From NCBI GenBank assembly GCA_964304625.1, contig OZ199840.1, forward strand, positions 8,067,744 to 8,131,743: a stretch of 64,000 bases of DNA, given 5' to 3'. Every line of letters starts with the position of its first letter. Within the stretch, counting starts at the first letter, position 1. Shown piece after piece: positions 54,432-64,000 of the stretch. A program made the translations under genes and the position numbers. This stretch comes from Kudoa neothunni. Its lineage: Eukaryota > Animalia > Cnidaria. The notes beneath the pieces are model-generated. The model had not been told where the DNA came from, did not search any database, and worked only from the letters and a program-made list of their open reading frames with translations.

Positions 54432-56303
54432 ATGAGGTTGATATTTTTGATAATTGCAATTTTTTGCTACGACGTGGCGAGCGAAACATTTCTAGGAGAT
54501 GAAGGAAAGTATGTGTCCCTAGAAACCGATCTCTACATTCCGGATTGCAGCTCTAACATAAAAGCCACTCAGTCGTCTATACCTAGGACCCAAGATTGTA
54601 TAAAATACCTTTCGAAACAAAACATAAAAAAGAAAAATATGAAATTAGAATTGCATCTACCTCTCAAAGTACCCACTCAACACACTGTGTGTAAGTGTGT
54701 TAAGGAGCAATTCAAACTCAATGTCCAAAATATTGGTTTAACTGGAATGAAATGTTTTCAACAAACATTCTGGTCGATGGCGGCGCTCAATCCTGACGAT
54801 GAGCTCATCTGTCGAACTATATGCCTTGAGAATCATTATCCCGGGCTGAAAAGGTTCAAAACTCATTCCGATTATTTTTACTACACCGATGAGAAATTCA
54901 CTTGTGATAATATCAAATGGATGAATCAAGAAACCAGAACCTACTCGAGATATGTGGTTCGTCTCGACATCAAAGATATGGACACCGACCGTGATGTGAT
55001 CTATCCGTTAGGGTCGTTATCATTGTTCGAATGCAAACTATCCAAACTACACTGTATACATCACGACCAATTTTACAGCTGGAAGCCCATATCCAACAGC
55101 TGGAAATGTAATGATATGGATTCCCCGTTGATGAGATATTATGATGTGATTGTATTTGATAAATTGGGATTGATCATACTGAGAAATGATACCTTCTCCG
55201 AATATCACACTTTAGGGATTCCTTCATCGACAATTTTCTGTGGTGAGAACAAAATATATGTGACAAGAGAAAATTTTAGAGTTTCCGGCCTCACACTTCA
55301 TGCCGCTAAAGGTTCGACTATCAATATCACTTCGGCAACAATGTCTTCACAGTTGGTTTTCAATAATTGGGTACAAGCAATGTTGAAAGATCATGAAGCT
55401 GATAGAAACAGACTTTTGATGTATGGTGAGTGTATGAACACCAACACCAAGATTATTACCGGACTCAGTCTCTATCAGATATATGGCGAAAAAGCTCCAG
55501 CAGATCTAATCAAATCACCCAACTCTACGTTTGCGTTGTTTCGCGACAACAGAGTGATTGATATTTATTGTCCGATGAGAAAAATCTTGCGAATACTCCC
55601 AAATATGGACTATTCCAAAAACTGGCCTATAATTACCACCACCGGTAATCTCTACTATTCGGAGATACGACGTATAGGACTGTCCGAACCGATCAACTTC
55701 AGTAACACCGGCTCCTCTTCACTTACCATACCTATGAACGATACCCACTCTATCACCTTCTACGCCGATCTCACATATCGCATCAACCTAGACATTGTCA
55801 AAGTCGATATTGAAGTTGATAGATCTCTTCGCTCACTCATACCTGGAATGAGTCTCACTACGGATATGCTCAAGTTTATCACTCTGGCCAGTTTTGATAA
55901 AGATCGCCTCACCAAAGAAGGTCGTGAGATGTTGGAAAATTTTGAAAATATCTATCTCGAAACCTCAGAGTCTATTCCTGATAACACATTCCAACATGAT
56001 ATTGTTTCCTTTTTCGTGGAGAATCTTCCTCCCAAATACAAATATATGTTGGTGGCATTTTCTATGGTTGTTGGCATATTGATTGTTATAACTATCTTGA
56101 AATGTTTTGTATCCTTTTTCCGATTCGGCTGTTGCTCCTCGGGCCTATCACCCATATTTATGATCAATAACTGGTGGAAAAGAAGAAATAAGAAGAAATA
56201 TCGGTATATAAGACATTTTGGAGATATTTCGGATAGTAATAATGGAGATCATGGGGATTTTTACATGAATGGTTCCCCAAATAATAATTATTTGATATAT
56301 TAA
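54432..56303 (+). CDS. Intronless 623-aa type I membrane glycoprotein, probable endogenised class III viral fusion glycoprotein
   Basis: Signal peptide MRLIFLIIAIFCYDVAS; 14 ectodomain Cys; N-glycosylation sequons NDT, NIT, NST, NFS, NDT; single C-terminal TM (YMLVAFSMVVGILIVITIL), then GCC and a basic tail. The ORF is certain; the viral identity rests on motif resemblance only. Confidence 0.65.
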   Translation: MRLIFLIIAIFCYDVASETFLGDEGKYVSLETDLYIPDCSSNIKATQSSIPRTQDCIKYLSKQNIKKKNMKLELHLPLKVPTQHTVCKCVKEQFKLNVQNIGLTGMKCFQQTFWSMAALNPDDELICRTICLENHYPGLKRFKTHSDYFYYTDEKFTCDNIKWMNQETRTYSRYVVRLDIKDMDTDRDVIYPLGSLSLFECKLSKLHCIHHDQFYSWKPISNSWKCNDMDSPLMRYYDVIVFDKLGLIILRNDTFSEYHTLGIPSSTIFCGENKIYVTRENFRVSGLTLHAAKGSTINITSATMSSQLVFNNWVQAMLKDHEADRNRLLMYGECMNTNTKIITGLSLYQIYGEKAPADLIKSPNSTFALFRDNRVIDIYCPMRKILRILPNMDYSKNWPIITTTGNLYYSEIRRIGLSEPINFSNTGSSSLTIPMNDTHSITFYADLTYRINLDIVKVDIEVDRSLRSLIPGMSLTTDMLKFITLASFDKDRLTKEGREMLENFENIYLETSESIPDNTFQHDIVSFFVENLPPKYKYMLVAFSMVVGILIVITILKCFVSFFRFGCCSSGLSPIFMINNWWKRRNKKKYRYIRHFGDISDSNNGDHGDFYMNGSPNNNYLIY

Positions 56304-57475
56304 ACTACAATTGTTCATTCTTCTTGCTGTTAAAATGTTTATTCATGAATTTTTTGTGCATAAATATGCCTGATACTTTCTAATCTCTATTTTATTGGCA
56401 ACTTTTCAGACGTTAACACACAAATTTATGATCTGTGGCTGTGAAGTGTAGGTTGATCCTGCCTAAAATTAAAGTAAATGATTTAGTCAATAATGAATGA
56501 AGAATCTGAATCAAACAGCTTAAAACTTAACAGTCATTGGGGAGTTTAACCCATTCCGTTACTAAAATTCAAATTAACTTAAATTATTTTTCGGAAATTA
56601 ACTTAAAAGGATTGAATCGAAATAATATTTTTTATTAATATCTATAGAAATATGGGAAATACCAAATATGTAAGGTTTTGTAGAGAGGACGAAAACCTAT
56701 CGTTATATAATTGAATAGTTAATTAAAACTTTGTGTCTAATACAAGTTAATATATGGTTATAATTTTTTAACTAAATATGTAATTCGCAATTATAACGAA
56801 AAATATATAGGTTGATTTATTTTATTGAATTTTTCCTTGTTAAAAAACTGGAGCAGTACAAAATTTTATGCAGTAGGAGGCTGAATTTCCAGATCTATAT
56901 CGGCGCTCTTGAAATAAATAAATAATGTCTCAAAGGCATGTTTATTACTTTAGAAACAAAACTCTAAGTATGATGCGAACATTGTAACTTTATAGTGACA
57001 TTTTCGAAACTTTTTATAAAATAATTATCATACATTCAGAGAAACAAGAAAACAATGAGAATGAGGTCATATTTGTACCACGCTTCACAAACGCTGAGTT
57101 AAACAACTTGAAAATTTCATTTAAAATAAAATATAAGATGTTTGGGGTTAGTTATACAGTGAGTGACAATTGCTATCGAATGTTCGTTATATTTCTACCT
57201 ATTGATGCCTAAAAGATGCTACAACAAAAAACTTTTATTCAAAAAAATTGTTAATCAATTTATTTTAAAATTAAATTTTATTTATAGTTTATCTTAGATT
57301 TTAGATTTTTCTGAGGTAATGAGAAAGTTTAATTTTTTGTTTCTATTTAAAAAATCCAATGGATTGTGGATAAATAAGGTCAAAGTTTCAAAACACATGA
57401 AATGGCAATGGAAAACAATTAAATGTGAAAATGTGTGATTAAATTGTCTGTTAGGTGGGGCTGTCAATAGCGGTG

Positions 57476-60400
57476 TCATTTATTTGGGGGCTCTAATTCG
57501 CAACTTTCCTTGTAAAGAGTTTCCTCGTCTGGAATGTGGCAGCACAGTAGAAAAGAACAGACAACTTTACACGGAGTAGCTTGAAAGTCTTTAGCAAATT
57601 GTTGATAAGCTGAAAAAGTGTTTTCGAGTTCTAATTTTCAATTAGAACTCGTGAATTTTCTTAAAAAAATTACTTCTTAAATATTCAGCGGATTTTTCAT
57701 TCTCCTTATTGGGGATGTTTGCACGTGGATTTGGTTGTTCCTCGCATTTATCTATAAATAGCTGAGATACAAAATTTCTACTAACTCTATTTTTACTTAA
57801 AGTATCGTTTGAGTTTTTGGTGGAATCGTAGATAAATGCTTTTCTGTGCGAATAGGAATTAGTACAAGCGGTACTATATGATTTTTCTATTTTTTTTTTC
57901 CGATTAGGCAATAAAACATCGTCACACATTCTTTTCGAACTGTAAAAGCTGCCACCTGTAAGCTCATCTTCAATAGTAGCTTTCTAAAATTAGCCATTAA
58001 GCACACTAGAAACATTCAACTAACTACTCCCTCGAAAGTGTTATTTTCTATGTCGGTGTTAATGGATCGGTACCAGTAGTCACTATCAATAAGACTGAGA
58101 TCTATTGCACCAAAATAAATTTATTAAATGTGGCCGGGTTCAAAATAGGTGAAATACGTTTAAAAAATTGGTGAGCGCTGAATCTATTTCGGTATGAATG
58201 AGTGAAGGTCTTGTTAAAGATAGCTTGGGGTATTTCTTCGTTATCATTCGATTTAGCTTTAGATTTGATAGGTGGAGAATTCTTAAAATAATAATAATAA
58301 CAACGAAAGAAATACAATATATCGGATTATTTAGAAATAAATTATTCACTGTTTTATTTTTCGAATTCAAAACTTTGTTATAGCTGATATGAGCGTTCAC
58401 ATCCGATAGAAACACTCCCATAAAGGGAATGAATGGTTGTTGTTCTTCGATAGCGTTGGTCACATTATCGCGATATTCTTTGAAATTGTTCATACTATCC
58501 ATGAACGTAGATATTGTATCATATTTTCTGCGATAAATAAAAGTGAACTTTATATTCACAAAAAATCTTTTACTTGATAATGTTAGGTTGGATGCCTTTC
58601 CAAGTCTCTTCAAGTCTGTAAATAGCTTGCATGCTGAGAGCTCCCAAAACTTCCTGTAATCCATTGAAGTTTTTCATATTGTACAATTCTTCGCAGACCT
58701 ACAGATTAATCGTCATTAAATGCTCATTCAGAAATAACAACAACAGAAAATTAAATTACATTGATATAAAAAGTGATTATTTTTCGTCTTCTATTGACTT
58801 TTTTGGTGGAAATTATAGTGGAGGCGATGAATTTGGAGATACGATTAAAATAGTCGATAGATTGCATAATATTTTTGGCATTTTCGTGCTTATTTTTTGA
58901 AAGCCAGGCTCCCGATTTGATCTCTTCCCACTCGATCAAAAGAAGGTATCGTCGATCAAGATAGTTCAATTGTTCCACAAATTGATTAACACTTAGTTTT
59001 TCTTGGATAAATGTGAGGTTAGAAACGTTCTGTAGCACAATGAAATCTAAAAATTGTTTGAAATTTTCCGGCAAACTAAACTGGTTCATCAGTTCATCGT
59101 CTGCAGCTTCATCATTTGTGGATGTGCATGGTAATTCACAGTCTGATAGTCTCTCATTAGTCCCACAGTCGGTTAAAGATAGGTAATCATTGGAATTAAT
59201 TTCTAGTTCAATATTATTTTCTTTGGTATCAGTTGATGCACCGGATTTCAAACTTGAATCGACCGTTTCTTGGAGACTGTTGTTGTATTTACTTGTCGTT
59301 TTCTGCTCAAAAAATGAGATATTTTTTCCTATTAAGGAATCAATGGTAACAACTTTAATAAACTAACTAACTTGTCGTATTTGGGGCTGAAGTAACGGTG
59401 CAGGCGGAAACTTGTTTTCGGACAGAGAATATTCTGGAGAATTTGGTTTGAACAGAGTTCAAAATTAAACTATCTTTGCAAGTGTAACACACATGGTCAA
59501 TACCTAACACATTTAATAATAGAAAAAATGATCTGTTGGAGATTGTTACTTCTAAATATTTTTTTGCGGAACGTAGAATTTTTTGATACTAACGGAATGT
59601 TAACGGGGTCATTTCGACGTATTTTTTTATCATTTTTAGCATTGTCATCTAATTTTATTTGGTATAAAAAGATCCAAAGTTCAGCTTATAATGAAAACAT
59701 TTAGTTACCATCAAGTGTTCGATCAACAATTCTCCCTTTTGTTAGCGAAGCAAATTTTGAAGTAGAGGCAGTTGATTTTTGTGAGGATAGTCTGAATGAT
59801 AAAATAGACTTCGTGTCGATGGAAGTGCCATAATTCTCATTATCTGTAGGAATAGATCCCATTCGTTTATGTACATCTAAATTTTGTCGAGTATGAATTG
59901 AAAGAATTAACTGGATATGGCCCCGAATAAGAATGACAGCAATGATATATACTTTTTTTCTTTTTCTTATAAATATTTCTGTTTTTCTCTCTATTCCTAG
60001 TTGAAGGAACCGTTTGGAAAATATCTTCTAAAATATCAATTATAATCGACCTGCCAAAAGGGTAATGTCGAGAATTACCCGGAACAAGATTGTCGTCGTT
60101 CACATCATATTCATCACCATCATACAAATTATTTAGCGTTGTGTGTGCTAATTCAGACGTGCTGGTTTTGTTGATGGTTAGATTGAGCAATTTTTTACAT
60201 CTCGTCAATTTTCTGCCATAAAATTATTAGTTAATTCGAATAGCATTTTGGCGGTATTGTTCACTCACCCTTTTTGTACGTCTCCATGATTGGGGGATGG
60301 CGGTTGGTTAGCGTTTTTATTTTCTACTTCCAACTTAGACAACTGAATAGTAGGAAATTTTTTCAAATTGCTTTCGGCTGAATAAAACTTGTTCCATTCG

Positions 60401-61268
60401 TCGTTTGAAATATCTACCTGGCTTGAATTAGATCTTCCTCCTGCTGGATATATATTATTTTGGTCTGTAGTTTCATTCGCTTGTTTGTTTGATTCACGTC
60501 CAGGTTCCGAATTATTGTCAGATCCTACATTTATGTATAGTTTTGATGTTCGTCGTGAACAATTGGATATAGTGGGTGATGCCATATCACTAGCGTTGCA
60601 GATGTCATTAGGTAAAATGAAATTATCATAATTCTTTGCTGACAACAATGCATTTCTAGTTTCTAGTGACCTACGCTTTATGAATACATTATTCACTCTC
60701 ATTAGACTGATTGAATTTGGGTCACTGGAAGTGTTGACATGACCCTCATTTTCATAATTCTCTGTTGATAGTGTAGTATTAGCCAAAAATGTTGGAAGAT
60801 CGACAGTGGGAATATTTTGATCGGCTATATAATAGCAATAATTTTATTTTCAATCGCCCCAATACAGTTACAAATAGTAATTGGTTACTCTTAGAACAAG
60901 CGGAAAAATTCTTAGTATGCTCATTTTCGAAGTTTTTCTTGATATATTTGAATACATTTACAAACTTATTTGAAACAGCTTTCAACCCAGAACGACGTTT
61001 CTTTTCAGAAATACAATGGTCAGATTGTGCCCTGTAAAGAGTTTGATAAGGTTCATATGCAACTATCGAATGGTCATTTGCATTTGGAGTTAGATTGTAG
61101 CGGGAAAACCGATGGTACCCTGGGTTACCTTCGTCGACACACTTGCTTCGACGAATAGAGTCTAATAAAAGGAAAATTATTAGCAAACCAGTCCCCATCT
61201 CATAACTTACAGAGACAATGGCTGGAGTATCTCCTAGGTGGTTCTTGAAAAGATTCCTCATCAAACAT
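57476..61268 (-). CDS. Ras-family guanine nucleotide exchange factor (CDC25 domain, RalGPS-like) with a long low-complexity N-terminus, multi-exon
   Basis: QLNYLDRRYLLLIEWEEIKSGAWLSKNK...NIMQSIDYFNRISKFIASTII, NNFKEYRD, PFIPFMGVFLSD and terminal DEETLYKESCELEPPNK*. The start at 61268 (MFDEESFQEP) is inferred from a phase-compatible intron at 61162-61210. Confidence 0.8.
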
Positions 61269-64000
61269 TGTGATTGTTCGTGGGTAGGTACATTGACTAG
61301 TTGATGATTGGGCTTTTTAAAAAGATCTAAGTATCTATCACTAACAATACCAGTTGAATAAATTGATATTCTCGTAATCTTATTTGGATTGATATCTACA
61401 TGCTGATAGCTTGAGATTTAATTAGAAATTAATCTCGTTTATTATATGTAAATAAATAAAATTTATTTATCCCAACTAAATCGACTTTTTATAAGCTGCA
61501 ATTCTTTATTGGTTTAACATACTCTAAGTAATATATATTTCATTCAATGCATATCATTCAGATAGAAGAAAATTATAAATTATTTTTACTTAATGTTTTC
61601 TATATATTTCTCTGCTATATATAGTTGATTAAACTTATAGAGATGTAGTTTTCGTCGTTGGAAATCGATTTGTTTACATTGTGATTTTACATTCAAAGAA
61701 ACTATTCATTACGAAAAATAATAATTCACCGATAATCCTCCGTTTACTATTATAAATTCGCAATATGACTACGTGTGACCTTACAGAACTAAAAATAATT
61801 ATTCATCATAAAGACTGACTTCATCACAAATTTGAATGAATGAATAAATGAATGAATTATCAATTCAGTCAATTATATGTTGAAAATATCTGATGACACA
61901 AAATAATTTCTTTTATTATATATCTCTGTTAGTAGATATTGTCCTAATTTTTGTAATTATGGGTTTATTTTGTCTGGTATATGTACTTTTTCTTAAAAAA
62001 TGGGAAGATTCCAAAATTAATTCATTATTCGATACTAAACGATAGATCGGACTTATTTTATACAGTATTTGTCGTGTAATTTCTAATTATTTCAAATTTT
62101 TGTATAAAAAAGTTTTTTAAACAAATAATGTCAAATTTAGATTATTTTACGTATACTTTTCAAATAATAATATTACAAAATAGAAAACTAATAAACTAGC
62201 ACATTACTGCCATAATAGAGCATAAGGTATGAATAATGCAACACACGTTCATACATACTGACACGGTTGTGTCGTACTTCCATCTAAAATTTCTCAAAGA
62301 TTTTTTCTTTGGATAAATAGATCATTATTTTCCTTTATCGTGCTAATTTATTATACCTCTAACTTTATGTTTATAAAGGTTTTTAATATTGAATAAGAAT
62401 TTATATTATTCGGAAAATATTGCAAAAAAAGAGTGAAAAAGGTTAAATTGCGGAATAGTGGCCGTAATCCAAATCACCGATTACGATCGAAACCGATCCT
62501 GTTGATTATTTTAGTTTTTTGTATTGATCAATGTTAATGCAGAATAATTTTACATTCTGCAGCCTATTAATTATCAAAAATATTTGTTATAATATTATAT
62601 TGAACTCCTAGCACCTCTTAATTATTTTTACAGTCATCAACACTCAATCGAGTAACGTAACATTTATTCATCTTAAAATTTGGGTGTGACTATTGTGAGT
62701 TTGGTGTATTGTCACAAGTTTTTCTTGGCTATTACCTATTGTTAATTCTGTGTTTATAAGAATAAGAATTCCCTACTTTATACAATTATTGGCTGATTAA
62801 TTGTATCAATTGCACAAGGTTAATATCAGAAATAATTAGTTGGATAAAATTTACGCGACCCCAATGTGAATATTCCAGAAAATATTGTACTAATTTGGTT
62901 TAAAAAAATAGGATTAATATTCGGGCTAATTATAATCTTTATTCAGTTAATGCGTCCATTATTTTACAGTTTTACTATATATTAATGCATTTAATATTAT
63001 ATATATGTTTGCGTTTTTAATGATATTTTTGAAATTAATGAAAAATAGTTTATATTATTTGGATATGGATATAAAGTGTAAGCTTTGGTAAAAGTTAATG
63101 GGTTATCCATCAAAACACCCAAATTATAACATGAATCTATATTAGACAATTAGGTTAATCAATTTAATGTTAATTTATAATTTTTGTATATTTTATTAGA
63201 TTTAATTAGTGATATTAAAATATTATACACCAATAAATTTATTGTATCAACATTACAAACTTGGATGAATTATTTCCTAAAATATCAGGAGGTTTATAAG
63301 CTGAAGCTAAAATTATAATTAAAAAATTATTCGATTGAAAGAGAGAACATATAAAAACATCGAATCTATATTATACTGAATATAACTTTAATTAAAATTA
63401 TTTCGAGTATACTGGATTAATTATCCTGTTATAATTTATTAATTAATTTTTTACATTACATCTTTATTCGTTGTAATTATTTTCGTAATATAAATAATCA
63501 CACAAAAAGAAAAAAAATGCGGAATAACTTTAATGTGACCCACATTGATTCATCATGTCTAACCATTGCGTAAGCCTCTCCAAAATTCTCAAAGGTCCCA
63601 TAATTGGAACTTTATTGTGAGATTAACGGGTTAACTACTGAACTCCAAAGATCACCTAACCATCTAACGTATCGGTTTTTTAATCTATCGAATTTTAATG
63701 AAACTAAAATAAATTGTTTCAACAAATTCCCCCCCCCCCCCCCTTAAATTGATCATTAATATGAAACTCGTTAATTATTTAATAAAATTAGCTTTAGTCG
63801 AATCATGATTAATTGGAGGAGTTCCAGATTAAAAAATCGACTCAACGTGGTAATTTAGTGAATTTAAAGCCTGTATAACTTTAATCTAATCAAAAATATT
63901 CTCAATATCCATATAAACATATAAATTCTGGTAATACAAAAAGAAATTTAAATAACAACAACGCCCATTATAACATTATAAAAGAAGTTTTCTATAGTGA

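Noticed and set aside
63729-63743. Poly-C tract (possible G-quadruplex on the minus strand)
   Set aside because: Isolated homopolymer of unreliable length with no supporting context.
1-64000. CRISPR arrays, operons, prokaryotic defence systems, rRNA genes
   Set aside because: The sequence is intron-containing eukaryotic DNA; no regularly spaced repeats or rRNA-like segments were seen.

Overview
AT-rich eukaryotic (animal-type) genomic DNA with compact, strongly diverged genes broken by very short GT-AG introns (about 45-65 nt). This pattern is most consistent with a reduced parasitic metazoan such as a myxozoan cnidarian; that assignment is inference only. Recognisable genes in order: RABGAP1-like TBC GAP (+, 5' truncated), TAF7 (-), TRAPPC1 (-), SLC28/CNT nucleoside transporter (+), LAS1L (+), UGDH (+), GH56 hyaluronidase/chondroitinase (-, one frameshift), ARPC4 (+), NFS1 (-, six homopolymer frameshifts, probably assembly error), two tandem PA-TM-RING (RNF13/167-like) E3 ligases (+), and a RalGPS-like RasGEF (-). 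Intergenic and intronic space holds decayed DNA transposons (Merlin, several piggyBacs, hAT and pogo/Tigger MITEs). The most striking item is an intact, intronless 623-aa type I membrane protein at 54432-56303. Its Cys/aromatic layout resembles a class III viral fusion glycoprotein, and no other viral or retroelement genes are near it, making it a candidate domesticated (syncytin-like) fusogen. Second is the tail-to-tail UGDH/GH56 pair, 15 bp apart, which places glycosaminoglycan precursor synthesis next to glycosaminoglycan breakdown. Exon boundaries were read by eye and are approximate.
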